DNA of 64,000 nt from Lytechinus pictus (Eukaryota): the NCBI RefSeq assembly GCF_037042905.1, contig NC_087252.1:3970001-4034000 (forward strand), in the 5' to 3' direction. Positions 1 to 13,031 of this stretch are shown piece by piece (position 1 is the first letter of the stretch; each line of letters opens with the position of its first letter). The position numbers were made by a program, and so were the translations under genes. The notes under the pieces are model-generated. The model ran no database searches. It was not told the DNA's origin and saw only the letters and a list, made by a program, of their open reading frames with translations.

Positions 1-144
1 AGGAAGGAAACAATCGAATATGCAATATTTATAATTGTTTTACAATGTATTGTAATTAGATTGTAAAACCTGTTTGAGTGAGGTTTTGACTTTGGCTAAA
101 AGTTAAGTCACTGACAATTTTTTTTTTCGGGGGCTCCATTTTTT

Positions 145-931
145 GTCTCACCTGCATAGCAGAGTGAGACTATAGGCGCCGCTTTTCCGACGGCGGCGGC
201 GGCGGCGTCAACACCAAATCTTAACCTAAGGTTAAGTTTTTGAAATGACAGCATAACTTAGAAAGTATATGGACCTAGTTCATGAAACTTGGCTATAAGG
301 TTAATCAAGTATTACTGAACATCCTGCCTGAGTTTCATGTCACATGACCAAGGTCAAAGGTCATTTAGGGTCAATGAACATAGACCATGTTGGGGGAATC
401 AACATCAAAATCTTAACCTAAGGTTAAGTTTTTGAAATGTCATCATAACTTAGAAAATATATGGACCTAGTTCATGAAACTTATACATAAGGTTAATCAA
501 GTATCACTGAACATCCTGCATGAGTTTCACGTCACATGACCAAGGTCAAAGGTCATTTAGGGTCAATGAACTTTGGCCAAATTGGGGTATTTGTTGAATT
601 ACAGCCATAAATTTGAAAGTGTGTTGGTCTAGTTCATAAAACTTGGACATAATAGTAATCAAGTATCACTGAACATCCTGTGCGAGTTTCAGGTCACATG
701 ATCAAGGTCAAAGGTCATGTAAGGTCAAAGAACTTTGGCCACGTTGGGGGTATTTGTTGAATTGCCATCATATCTCTATAAGTGTATTGGTCTAGTTCAT
801 AAAACGTGGAAATAAGAGTAACCAAGTATCACTGAACATCTTGTGCGAGTTATAGTAGTTTTCAAAATCAGCACTGCTGCTATATTGAATCGCGTGATGC
901 AGGTGAGACGGCCAGAGGCATTCCACTTGTT
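145..931 (+). mobile_element. Non-autonomous Helentron-associated (HINE/DINE-1-like) element, copy 1, with internal tandem repeats
   Basis: Inserted in a T-run. 5' GTCTCACCTGCAT is inverted to 3' ATGCAGGTGAGAC (subterminal IR). 5' internal palindrome GTCTCAC...GTGAGAC, then a (GGC)n microsatellite and about 3.5 tandem units (periods 192 and 162 bp). No TSD. Near-identical to 2886-3690. Confidence 0.7.
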
Positions 932-2063
932 TATTTTTTTGTCAAATTTTGGGGCTAATTTTGCATTTCGGGGGCTCTTTTTAAATGCTACTTTTTTGTA
1001 TTTTCAGGAATACCTGTTCACTTATTAATGAATTATTACTTTTTGTTAAATATTGTATGATTTTTAAAGTTATTTTTTCATGCTTAGAATCTTGGATGTG
1101 GGTGTGTGTGGGTGTGTGGCACCGTGCGTGTGTGTGTGACTGTGAGTTGGACTTGGATATAAATGAATTCAATATCTAATTTCTACTCCATCTATTCCAG
1201 TACAATACCCTGTACTCGGCCATGTACATGTAATATAAAAGGCCCACATACCCTAACTTTTCCTGAAGTTCTTTGAAAACGCAGATCTCCACGAAAATTG
1301 CATTTCTCTATGGGAGAGTCTAAATTCGGTGAGAATGTATTCATTAAGAACTTAAATATACATGACAATGAAGAAATCATCAAACTTTATTGGAAGTTTT
1401 GAATAATATACCTGAAATGTAAACTCTGTCTGAAACAGAAAATCACCATCATTGAGGCCTTTACTGAGCGAATTGTCCCCCAGAGCTCTGGCAGAGAGAC
1501 AGAGCTCCGACTGGCTACATGCGCCAATGCGTTCGTGCGTGAGCCTGCCGCCGGCCTTGTAAAATAGATGGAGCTTTGTTTGATGATTTATTTTCTGATA
1601 TTTACCTCATCCCCTAGAAAAACAAAATAAACGATTTTTTAGTTATAATTAATAAATAAGGTAACTTATTTTGGATGTTAATAGGCCGTTTTGAAAAGCA
1701 AAGCCGAATGACAACTCACCAATGCTAGGTTACTAGACTCTGAATTGTGATATCTGTAGGGGAAACATGTGCATTAGAAATTGCACATTGCATGGTGCGT
1801 GGTAGTCATAATGGACCCTATACATGCAACTGTTTCCCAACCGTTGCGTTGATTTTTTTTTCCATACCTGGTACCATGTGTATGGAAATACGTGGTACAG
1901 AAAAAAAGACGCAACTTCGGAATTTGAAACTGCGCTCCTCGCTATTTTCAAGGCTTATTCATGAATTTGAGTGTGGATATTGGATGATTTTTAAATGGTA
2001 AGCGGAGCTCGAACATGGCCGTTGAGTTGTTATCACTCGGCAATGATTTTGGGTGATAATTTC

Positions 2064-2192
2064 GAGGGGGACTTTAGGCATTTCTGCGCAGCTCAGCGAT
2101 CGCGAGGCGCGCTATTAATCGCGCTACCTAAAATGGATTAAGGCGCGCATGTAGCGCGCGATCGCTCTCGCGCGCCTTAAAATCGAGTCCCT
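2064..2192. repeat. CpG-rich imperfect palindromic segment, possibly a hAT-like terminus
   Basis: Dense GCGCGC/GCGATCGC motifs. Ends in ...AATCGAGTCCCTG (CAGGG on the minus strand, a common hAT-like terminus). Confidence 0.3.
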
Positions 2193-2885
2193 GGCCTCTT
2201 CCACTAGGGAGGTCTCTTTCTTGGGACAATCTTTTCTTAAAAAATCATTTTTCTTCAACCAGATGAGAAGCTTTCCTCAAGGCCATTTCAGCAATTGAAT
2301 GGTCAATGTGAAATAAGGATCTGAAAACAATTACCTGTTTTGGGATGTTTTTTTTTTAAATAACATCTTGGATAAACATGTATATTGAAGTGGTTTAGAA
2401 TGGTTAGTTCCTATGACTTTCATCTCAAGAGATTGAAGAGAATAAATGAAGTAAAATTTCAAATAGTTTCACTCTTGCTGCAGAATTTAACTCTTTGCAA
2501 ACTGAATTCAATTGTTTCCATGTTATTTTCTTTAATTCAAGATTTCCATATTGCACCATTGATACTTATTATTGCATAGATATTATCCGGGAACTATTGC
2601 CTTTTATCAGCATATCTAATTTGAATGTAGGGGATAAATTTAATTTTTACGATTGTTGAATTAAATTGTATGAATGTGCAAGATTGCAACATCAGCACGT
2701 GAAGGGTTAATCTATTTAATTCATAACAAGCATTTTAAGAGTCTTAAAAAATGCTTTAGTGAATAGTTTCTGCACTCTATAAATTCATGTATTATTATTG
2801 TTATTATTGTTGTGGTAATCCCATTCTTTTCATATCATTTTTAAAGAATCATTATTCTCATCAATTATTATTTATTTCTGTTTTT

Positions 2886-3690
2886 GTCTCACCTGCATAG
2901 CAGAGTGAGACTATAGGCGCCGCTTTTCCGGCGGCGGCGGCGACAGCGACGGCGGCGGCGTCAACACCAACACCAAATCTTAACCTGAGGTTAAGTTTTT
3001 GAAATGACAGCATAACTTAATAAGTATATGGACCTAGTTCATGAAACTTGGCCATAAGGTTAATCAAGTATTACTGAACATCCTGCCTGAGTTTCATGTC
3101 ACATGACCAAGGTCAAAGGTCATTTAGGGTCAATGAACTTAGACCATGTTGGGGGAATCAACATCAAAATCTTAACCTAAGGTTAAGTTTTTGAAATGTC
3201 ATCATAACTTAGAAAATATATGGACCTAGTTCATGAAACTTGGACATAATAGTAATCAAGTATTACTGAACATCCTGTGCAAGTTTCAGGTCACATGATC
3301 AAGGTCAAAGGTCATTTAGGGTCAATGAACTTTGGCCAAATTGGGGTATTTGTTGAATTACAGCCATAAATTTGAAAGTGTGTTGGTCTAGTTCATAAAA
3401 CTTGGACATAATAGTAATCAAGTATCACTGAACATCCTGTGCGAGTTTCAGGTCACATGATCAAGGTCAAAGGTCATGTAAGGTCAAAGAACTTTGGCCA
3501 CGTTGGGGGTATTTGTTGAATTGCCATCATATCTCTATAAGTGTATTGGTCTAGTTCATAAAACGTGGAAATAAGAGTAACCAAGTATCACTGAACATCT
3601 TGTGCGAGTTATAGTAGTTTTCAAAATCAGCACTGCTGCTATATTGAATCGCGTGATGCAGGTGAGACGGCCAGAGGCATTCCACTTGTT
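2886..3690 (+). mobile_element. Non-autonomous Helentron-associated (HINE/DINE-1-like) element, copy 2
   Basis: Same termini and tandem-unit layout as 145-931, with different flanks and a longer GGC tract. Confidence 0.7.
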
Positions 3691-3839
3691 ATATAATTAT
3701 ATAGCTTTATTATCCATACATGTGAATAGACCCTCAATAAAACATTGCATGGTTCGACCACTGATGATTACATTTATTATGATCTTAATCCAAAGCCTTA
3801 ATATCTGAGTTAAATTTATGTTTTATTGTTTCTTTGCAG

Positions 3840-3886
3840 ATATGACATCTAATGCAGTAAACATCTCCAGTACGGCACAGTAAAAG
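3840..3886 (+). other. Candidate short exon (47 nt)
   Basis: TTTTATTGTTTCTTTGCAG acceptor and AAG|GTTTGC donor. All three frames contain a stop over the 47 nt, so likely non-coding. Confidence 0.35.
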
Positions 3887-4168
3887 GTTTGCTTCCACAT
3901 TAAAAATACAATTCATATTTTTATGTTATTGATTGATTGATATGTAATGTCATGCATTGAATAGTTTTTGATAGGGTTTGATAGAGGTCTGTGAAAGAAA
4001 CCTAGAAAATGTAAGGGAAGGTAGCAATAGAGCGAAAAAATTAATGAACTTTGTGTATTTTACTGAAAGCGTGGTATCCAATGACACATCAATAGAGAGA
4101 GGATTGTTCGTGAAGGAGTTAGCCTAGTGACCAAGCCAGAAATATGTCTTTTCAGCACAGAAACTTAA

Positions 4169-4760
4169 AGGGATGGTCCAGGCTGAAAATATTTATATCT
4201 CAATAAATAGAGTAAAATTCACAGAGCAAAATGCTAAAAACTTGATCAAAATCGGATTACAAATAACAAAGTTATTGAATTTCAAAGATTTGCATTATTC
4301 CGGTGAAACGGTTCTAGGCTTGTCTTTATGAATATTCATTAGGTGGACTGATGATGTCATATCCCCACTTGTTCTTTTGTATTTTATTATGTGAAATTAG
4401 GTTTATTCAAAAATTTTCTACCAAGAAGTAAAACAATTGGATTGACAACTGATTAAGTGCATTAGTTATTCATAACAACAACTTATTTCATCATAATGGA
4501 GACACATCATTTACACCTTTATGAAAAAATTAAACATTTATGATAACATAAGAAAAGGGAAAGTGGGGATGTGACATCATCAGCCCACCTAATGAATATT
4601 CATGATGATGTGCATATAACTGTATTCACAAAATATTGATAAACTTTAAATTTAATAACTTTGATATTTGTCAACCAATTTTGATGAAATTTCAGCATTT
4701 TGCTTTGTGAATTTTACTCAATTTATTTAGATATAAATATTTTCAGCCCGGACCATCCCT
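4169..4760. mobile_element. TTAA-flanked MITE (Kolobok-like AG..CT termini)
   Basis: TTAA at 4165-4168 and 4761-4764. TIR AGGGATGGTCC(A/G)GGCTGAAAATATTTATATCT, with inverted similarity extending over most of the element. Confidence 0.85.
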
Positions 4761-4886
4761 TTAACCCACAACACAGTATACCCCATCTTCCATTTTTGGT
4801 CACTTTTTGAAATTTCTAATTTATTTTGTTAGTTGTTCCTCATTGGAGCTGCTATTGTATTGTTGTTTGGTGTTGAGTGGACTGTG

Positions 4887-5334
4887 ACACCGTTCTCACT
4901 ACGTTCCTAAAACTAGTTTACTGGAAACTAGTTTACTGGAAACTAGTTTGACACGTAGTGAGAACGGTCGAAGCGGTCTTGGAAGCGATCTTCCAAACCA
5001 GTTTAGAAAACCACTTCGCGATGTAGTTTTCAAGATCTCTTTGCCTCGTTAAACTGGTTTTAGCGTAAGTGAGGACTCAACCGTTCTTTGCACATTTTGA
5101 GTGTGCTACTCCACACGACAGGTGTAGAATGCCTACGCTGCGGTTTTGAATTTCGCGTGAAAAGTGTCACCCCACTGAGAGCGTTTCCACAGCGACAAGA
5201 TCGCTTTACGTGAAGTGATTTTGAAAACGACTTTGGTGTGATCAAGTGGGAATACTAGCAAAGCGATCTTCCAAACTGGTTTCCTGAATCGGTTTCCAGT
5301 AAACTAGTTTTAGAAAGCGTAATGAGAAGGGCCT
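4887..5334. mobile_element. MITE (probably PIF/Harbinger-like), family A copy 1
   Basis: TIR of about 40 bp: CCGTTCTCACTACGTTCCTAAAACTAGTTTACTGGAAAC versus GTTTCCAGTAAACTAGTTTTAGAAAGCGTAATGAGAAGGG. Related copies at 32797-33256 and 50004-50200. Confidence 0.75.
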
Positions 5335-5504
5335 CTGTCTTTAATACTTCACTATAACTGCTCTACGTGTACATGCGTAGAAGGTGACACTAACAATGAA
5401 CAAAGTCACTGAAATGTTTAAAACTCCTCCAAACAGACTTAACTCTAAGTCTGACACTACCCACCAGGGATAAGAAATATATTTAAATCTGTGGAAAAAT
5501 GACT

Positions 5505-5978
5505 AGGTGGTTTCAGACCGCCTCAAAGTTCGTCAGTTCCAGGTATTCTCTGATCGGGAAATTTACCCCGATCAGAAAATACCAGGTATTTTGGTAATGT
5601 GAAAGCAAACTACGCGTAATTTCCCCGAAAGAAAATACCCGCTAAATAGTAGGTACTTGGCGAAATTACGAGAACTTTCGCGGGGATTTTTCCAAGGTCG
5701 CAGGTATTTTGGCGATGTGAAAGCAAATTACGGGAACTTTTAGCCCAGCGTGTCGTTGGGTGCGGCGCCGTGGGTGGCTGCTGGGCTAGTAGTTTTGAAT
5801 CTCGCGCCTTGCCTGCTTATTAGACCATACTGCGCATGCTCCTAACTTCAGGAATTTATCCCGAAGTGTATGTTTCGGGCGGTCTGAATGCAGGAATAAT
5901 TAATGGGTATTTTTTAGCCTAAAAATGTTCTTGTTATTTAACGGGGATTCTTGTGATCGAGGCGGTTTGAAACCACGT
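5505..5978. mobile_element. MITE (PIF/Harbinger-like), family B copy 1
   Basis: TIR AGGTGGTTTCAGACCGCCTC / GAGGCGGTTTGAAACCACGT, with 3-bp ACT on both flanks. Second copy at 38836-39314. Confidence 0.85.
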
Positions 5979-8589
5979 ACTGAGTATGGGAGTAAGCCTA
6001 GTCAATTTCATGCTAGGTCTCCATTCTGTGCTTGGTTCATTATCATGAGGCACCACAGAGATTTCATCAAGGCCAATATTGTTTCTGAGAACCATTTTAT
6101 TATACCTATAAGATCATTGTTAAGACTAGCAGCTGAAAATAATAAAGATAACAACATAATCAAAAGTCTCATGCATGGAGGGGGGGTTAAAATCATTCCC
6201 TTTTTTCACTGCTGGAGCATGCTCTATTGATTAGTGTGGCCAAAAAAAAATAGAGAAATGGTTTTTATTAACATTATGTTTGAATTAAGAAAGGCCAATT
6301 AGAGAATAAAAAAGTTTTGAAAATTGAAATAGAATGACAATGTGTTGAGAGAAGTAGGAGATCTGAACGATAAGGGGGCAGTGGAACAGAATGATTAGGA
6401 CAATATGAACAAGAAAGTTGAATTAGGTCAGGCAAGGTTGTGGAGTGGCAAGGCTCAACAATCTTGTAGCGTGAGCCGCCAACCAATCGCAGGTGTGGAG
6501 TGATTTGCCTCTCTGCCTCATATCGTTAGAATTTAAAACAAGAGAGATTAAATAATCGTTGATGACATCAATAGCAAGCACCAAGAAAAATTAAAGCCTT
6601 TTTCTTTGGGGACCAGAGCTGGCGGTATGGGCGAGAGTGAAACTATTTGAAATTTCGCTTCGAATCATGGTCTGGAGATGCAAGCGAAAGGATGTTGTCA
6701 TCCCTAAACCACTTTAAAGTTCCAGTTTATCCTAGATTTTATGTAGGTGGAATTGCCATGATTTAATGTAATTTTCATGATCATGTAAAGTTACATTTAT
6801 GCATGCAGGTTCATATTTGCCTATACACAACCAAATTCTTACTTTAGTGTAAAAAACCCCAACAAAGTGAACCATAACACTTTATACACTGTAAGTGTAG
6901 GTTTTGATTATCAGTGTTATAGCTACAATGGATGGCAATGGTTGGGCCCAACAGCCATAGAAGATTTCTGACCACCACTCATGATAAAAACTGCTTCTGT
7001 CCTCCTAATTTCAAATGAAAAATATAACTAAGTCCTTGCAAAGAAGAATTGCTCTTGCGTTCATTTTCATTTTTAATCTTGTTTTAATCAGATTGTTATT
7101 ACATTAATGTTCCCTCACTTTGGGCTTTATAAAGCTTGGCCTGAAATAATGAAAAAAAAAATTATAATGCCGTGAAATAGCGGCCACCACTAACATGGGT
7201 CTAGCTAGAACACTGATAATTATGAAAATTAGAACATACCCTTTTCAGGCCTGTTTGTTCCCTTGCCAAAATAGTATTCATGCCATTGCTATGAATTATT
7301 CCTGAACAACATAAAAAAAGGGGGGGGGGGGGTTGGTGCACGTGTTTGAACTATGTTCAAAACAACACGTAGATAGATGACCTTTACCTCCTCAGTCCAG
7401 TACAATTTATGTATCAATAAATTTACAACATAAAGAAAAGTCATTTAAAGCCTTTGTTCTTGTACATGTACATGTATATTGATGTAAAACATTAAACTTG
7501 AAATTTGTTGCATTGTGATATTACACATGAAGCTATGTTTGATCGTGAAACTATTTAATGGTTGATAGCATTCTATAGAGGAATTTTCATTGCAGTTTTT
7601 AAAAATTAAATGTTAGAGAAGAGTGCCTGGGATTTGTTTTCTGTCTATATCTTGTTGTAGTTCCTTCTTCGCGATGAAACTTTTGTTTGTCATTCATGAA
7701 GGTTAGCTCTTGTGCAGTTTGAGAGTATTCAATAAGTTAACATTTATGTAATATCTTCTTAGTTTTCAATTCGGTTTCATTTTATTTGCTCATAAGATCT
7801 GTACAAACATTACATACATGTATACAAAGAATTGAATCAAAACAAAACAATAAGAAGAACTTTGGATTGAATATGAGAGGGACAGCAAGATTGGAACAAG
7901 CCTTGTGATTAGGTGGCCCCACAACAGAAAAAAATAATAATGATAAAAACAAAAGCACTATGCAAAGGGTTACCTATATTAATGCCTAAATAGTATTTTG
8001 ATGTAGTTAGTCTGTACTCTCTGAGGTTATTATTTCCCAGGAAAAGGAATAGTTTGTATGTTCAATACTTCAAATCACAAAGTACTGTTGAAGATCTATG
8101 AATCATCCATGCAGGTATAATAGTTTCATTTGTGATAATCTACTTGTGTCAAAAGTGCACTTACAATTTGTGACCTTTGACCTTTACGAAAATTACACTT
8201 TCCCCACAGGCTAGGAGAAATAGAATGAGTGCTTGATGTGGGTATATGGATGATGGTTGTTAACACGCACGCCCTTCCACATTCGTGCCGTTTTGGCTTG
8301 CGGAACCGACCTAGCGGGCGGCTTCATTATCTTCTCCACTTGTAACTGTAGCGCCAATATTGGTTTTTCTAGTTATACCCCCCAGTGGGTCAACGGCCTT
8401 TGAATAGGTTCTCAGTTGCCGCCGCCTCCACTGTTGCTGCTGCTGATCACGCTGGTGATGCTGTGACGTACGCCCTTTCTCTCCCTATCTCCCTGCATCA
8501 TGGCTACCCTGTTGAGGCAGCATCAAAAGTGCAGTCCCGCCCCCATTCCTGTGTTGTTCAGATTAGGAGACAGTAGTAGATGGAGAGGT

Positions 8590-8745
8590 TGTGAAGAAAA
8601 GAAGAAAGAGAGAGGAGAGAGAGAAGGAGAGAAAGGAGAAAAAAGGAGAAAAGAGGAGGAGATAGAGACAAGGAGAAAGGGAAGGGAAGGAGAAATGTAG
8701 GAGAGGGAGACAGAAAGGAGGGAAAATGAAAAATCAGAGAGAAAT
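8590..8745. repeat. Purine-rich (GA) low-complexity tract
   Basis: AGAGGAGAGAGAAGGAGAGAAAGG-type sequence. Confidence 0.8.
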
Positions 8746-9905
8746 TGATCGGAAATTAGATATTCAAAACATTGCAGTTCATTTATTCTTAAACTATCAC
8801 TCGATCATCTAAGCCTACTAGTAAATGTGTAAGCATTGTTTTGAGTTCAATTGAATCCAAGTCGTTAAAGTGAAACTACCAAATTATTAATCGCTCTATA
8901 ATCATAATGATATGGCAACCAAGTTAATACTAAAATCTAGTATCAATATAGTAAACACGCTAATTATTTTTTACAATTAAAATCAAACATGGAGATTACA
9001 TGTAGATATTTATTTTTCTAGCTTTGGATTGTTATACCTATACCATATCATTTTTTTTGTTTCCCTTATTCGGAAATCATTTGCACTCCAGCTGGGCAGT
9101 TTGGGTATTTCCAATGACCTTTGACCTTGGATGCTGTACTCTTGGTACATGAGGTCTTCATTACTGTATTTTGAAGTCAATTGGAAACAAAATTCAATTC
9201 ATATTCGGATGGCTTTGAAACAGAGGGTCGTGGATTCAAATCCCAACCAGGAGTTCCTTGATATACTTTTGTGTTGTAATACCAAAGCAGGCGTAATAAT
9301 AATCATAGTTCATCCGGAATCCTGTGGAGTAATACGTCTCCACTGAATCTACCCTTTATAATGGATTTGGAGCTATAGCCACCATTCCTTGGAAGCCTAA
9401 ATCTCCCTTATTAAATGATTATTTTAGTTCCCACTACTTCCCAGTCTGTTTCCCCTGTCAGAGATTCCAATTGTTCCTTTTTTGCAGTATTTTTTTTCAT
9501 TTTAAGAAAAAGTAGTGGAGATTTAATATGAAAAATTATTATTTTCAAAATGGCTTTTGCATAAAGCGGAAAATAGTCCCTTTTCACATCAAACCTCCCT
9601 TTTTCATCTCTCAAAATACTGCGATTCCTCTCATGGGGTTGCCATCCCTGCCCTGTTGTCATAAAGGAAGCTGATTTTAATATATTTCTTTCTATGAATT
9701 ATTTTGATCCAAACTTAGCATGTGGGTCTGAACGTGGTGTGGTCGTCGCGGATGAAGATCGTCTGGTTCTCTTGTCAAAAACATTAGCGGGACACATGTT
9801 AGATAATCAGGGGTAGATTTAACAAGAGCTCCTGCTGTTTGATCCAACTAGATTTCCTAGTCTCAATCCGGCTTTGATTTGCCCTACATCTTGTTCAGGT
9901 ATGTC

Positions 9906-10049
9906 TAGGAGAGAACTTTACACAACAAATACTTAGTGAGGTTTCATTGACTATTTGTTACAAGCTACCGAAATGCTTGCATCTGATTGGCTGAGAGTAA
10001 TTTGTTGATGAAAATAAATATTGACAAGATACTTAATGAAACACTCCCC
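9906..10049. mobile_element. Degenerate short MITE, family C (GGGAGYGTTTCAT TIR)
   Basis: Right end ATGAAACACTCCCCAG and central CTGATTGGCTGAGAG. Resembles the reverse complement of 20571-20708. Confidence 0.55.
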
Positions 10050-11693
10050 AGGTAGTTCCCGATATCCCTTCCTGTCCTGTCCCGTGCCATCTTGTCATCT
10101 CTTGCTGTCTTTTACTTTCGTATTGCTTTTTAAGATCATATAGAATGATTCCAATGTAGCGAAAAAGCCTCAGGCTTACTGAACAGTGCAGAAGGGGAAC
10201 CAGCATTACACTTGAAAAAAAAAAACCTGTACATTGTACAAATTCTGATTAAAGATTAGAATTCACTAGTCAAAGAGTTTACTATAGGTAACTCTGCCTA
10301 AGACAACTTTCCGTAAGTCGAATATTTGCCTTAAGTCAAAGGAATTTTTACACCAAATTCTTAAGAAAAAAAAAAGTTAGGCGTTGTATAAAGGTTTTTC
10401 AGTGTCAAATTTCTCCAAAGTCAAAATGGTCCAAGAAGATTTCATTTAAGTCAGAGTTACCTGTTTGTGTACATGAATTCATGTATCCTTTCTCTTTGTC
10501 CTTTCTCTCTATCCTTCATATATTCTATACATGCATGTATACACCCCTTTCCTTTCTCTTATCCCCTATATTTTTATGTTATTTCTTATTTTCAGTCTTC
10601 GGGTTAGCCTTTATATTCTTCTTCACAGCTTTTTTGTCTGTCTTTTATTCTCAAGCTGTTATGTGTCCACGATATCTTTGTGGATTGATGAGAACTATTA
10701 AAGATGAGACAAACAGAATAATCCTCTGAAATAGAGTTAGATGAAGGAAATATAGTCTTTAAGCCTGTAAATTCAGCCTTTTGGCTGCGAAGTGCGAAAA
10801 TATTGCAATTTCAATTTTCAATGATGATTTTTATCTTTCAAATATCTTTGAGCACCTGGGATTCACAGTTTTCACCTCATACATGTATTTTTGACAAAAA
10901 GAATAGAGCACAGCATAATTCTGCCTTAAAGAAGGCAATAAAAGGCTAGAATCCAAACACTTGACTTACCCATAATCCATCACTGTCAGTCTACCATGAG
11001 TTCTGGATCTAGAAAGCCAGAACAGTTGTTCTCTAAAAGACAAAAAGACTGATTACGAATGGCGAGACATGCAAGATTGAAAACAAGACTGGTTATTTAT
11101 ATATAGTCATATCAGCTTCTCGCAAATATGATATATTTTTCAAATTGATTAAAATATTTTTTTTTGTTCCATACAAGATGACAGAAATTCACAATAATGT
11201 TTACATTTCAGTAATGAAATTCAATCAGCAAATTCTTGTATGATGAGAGTCCATTGTACTTTGTCAAGACTGTAAATATCTTAAGGGGGTATAAATAGTA
11301 ATCTGGGACAATTTTGACACAAAAAAACATTTTTTTAATTTTTGGATCATTGGAATAAGGGATATCTGAAATACCATAATCTAAATTTTTATGTCAAATA
11401 AATCACTAGAAATATGTTAAATTCAAGTTCAAAGTCAAGGATTTCACAGCATTGAATTACCTTTTGGCGCTCCCTTCACACGAAAATCGCATTATTTTCT
11501 TTGAAAATTCATTAAAAATAAAATTGTAAACCAAAACCTATCAAATAAGGTCTCAAAATGAAGAGGAGAACAAGGTCTGAATTCCTAGACTAGTTTTATA
11601 CATGTGCAATACTGCCATCTAGAGGCGGAGACAGAACAATCACTTTTCTTCAAACTCATGTGATCTTGGCTGTGTGTGGATACTCGACTCAAA

Positions 11694-11967
11694 ATGCCTC
11701 GCAAAACCCCAAAATACGTAAAAAAGAAGAACTTCTTTAGAGGAACACCATACCATGTCATGAAAAAGCTGGAAAATAGAGAAGAGGAGGAGGAGGAAGT
11801 GATAACAGCATCAGAAAGAAAGCTATCTCTCAACAAAACCAGTGAAAGCCCAGATCTACAAAGCGGTCCCACATGTACAGATTCACGTAGGGATCTTGAA
11901 GGTTTTTACCTGATCAGTGGCAAACAGCTTGCTTCTACTTTGCAAAGGGCTCATGTGTGCCAGGGAG
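11694..11967 (+). CDS. Transposase exon 1 (MPRKTPKYVKKK...RAHVCQG, basic NLS-like N-terminus)
   Basis: AAAATG start at 11694 and GAG|GTATGT donor. Length 274 nt, ending in phase 1, which matches exon 2. Confidence 0.8.
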
Positions 11968-12507
11968 GTATGTACTTCTTATTGGTTGTTATTTTTGATA
12001 ATTCACATTTCATGAATGTAGCTCTTACCCATTTCAAAATGCAATATTTTGAGATACATGTGCATGTACAGACACTACTGCCATATGACTGCCTGGCAGC
12101 AAAAAAAAAAAAAAATGAAATAAAGTAAAGACTGAAGTCTAATTATAAGAAATAATAAAAAGACTGACAAATGTTGGGTTACAAATCCACCATTGTTTGC
12201 AAAATCATTATCAAAGTATATCTATAACTTGATATTATTGATCTGAAATGGTTTGCTTTTTAATTTAGGGTAGGCCTAGGAGTATATTCTGAATTCCACA
12301 ATTTTTTTTCTAAAAAAATAAACTGAAAGTTTGGGTTTACATAATCCACTTTAAATACAATAACATATAGAATAAGTCTAGTAAACAATAAAAATCCTCA
12401 TTTTACTATAATATTGATCCTATTCTTCTCAAAATTGCAGATGTAATGTCAACCTTTGATTAATTTTAGTTAAACAGCTATTCCATAATCCATATTTTCT
12501 ACTATAG

Positions 12508-12797
12508 GGCATCTGATTCCTTTTGAAGACTCATCGAAGAGGGAGGGGCTGAGTTGCACCCTGGTCTTACGATGCTCCATCTGCAGCAAAGAGGAGGAAT
12601 TTTGTACCTCAGAGAATGCTTGTGAAGGGCCAGGGAAGTCTGCCGAGATAAACAGAAGAGCTACGCTGGCGGCCAGTGAAGTTGGACTAGCCCGTGAGGG
12701 ACTATGTGACTTCACAACAATCCTGGGTACTTCGCCACCAGTTACAGCCCCATCCTATGAACGCCATCTGGCCGCTTTGTCAAAAGCAGCACAAGAA
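12508..12797 (+). CDS. Transposase exon 2 (GHLIPFEDSSKREGLSCTLVLRCSICSKEEEF...EINRRATLAASEVGLAREGLCDFTTILG...KAAQE)
   Basis: Not in the ORF track because it lacks a start codon. TTTTCTACTATAG acceptor, GAA|GTGAGT donor, 290 nt open in phase 1 to 0. CxxC and INRR..G..G.L..F motifs resemble the N-terminal part of Mutator-like-domain transposases. Confidence 0.85.
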
Positions 12798-13031
12798 GTG
12801 AGTCATTATTCTTTCACGCTTTCTCATAATTATCTAAAATCTATAATTAACCTACATTTACATGTACTCCAAAGCTATAATTATATGGTTGAGCATCGTG
12901 ATATAGTGATATCCATTTCTATGATACAAAAATAATTCACTCAGTGCTGAAAACATTTTTTAGTGAAGCCTATAAATGACTAAAGACTAAGTGTTCATGA
13001 AATCCATTTTCTCACTATTTTTATTTTGCAG

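Noticed and set aside
145..931. CRISPR-like array
   Set aside because: Units are 160-190 bp and similar along their whole length, with no unique spacers, no cas genes and a eukaryotic context.
1200..2050. Possible old DNA-transposon fragments
   Set aside because: The texture looks transposon-like, but no TIR pair, TSD or second copy could be identified in the window.
9205..9250. tRNA fragment (GGGTCGTGGATTCAAATCCC)
   Set aside because: Only a B-box-like remnant, probably a decayed SINE head, too short to call.
9719..9898. Coding exon ending at CAG|GTATGT
   Set aside because: All three frames contain stops; at most a non-coding exon.
11968..12128. C-terminal part of the 150-aa ORF
   Set aside because: Read-through into intron 1 after the GTATGT donor; AT-rich with a poly-A run.
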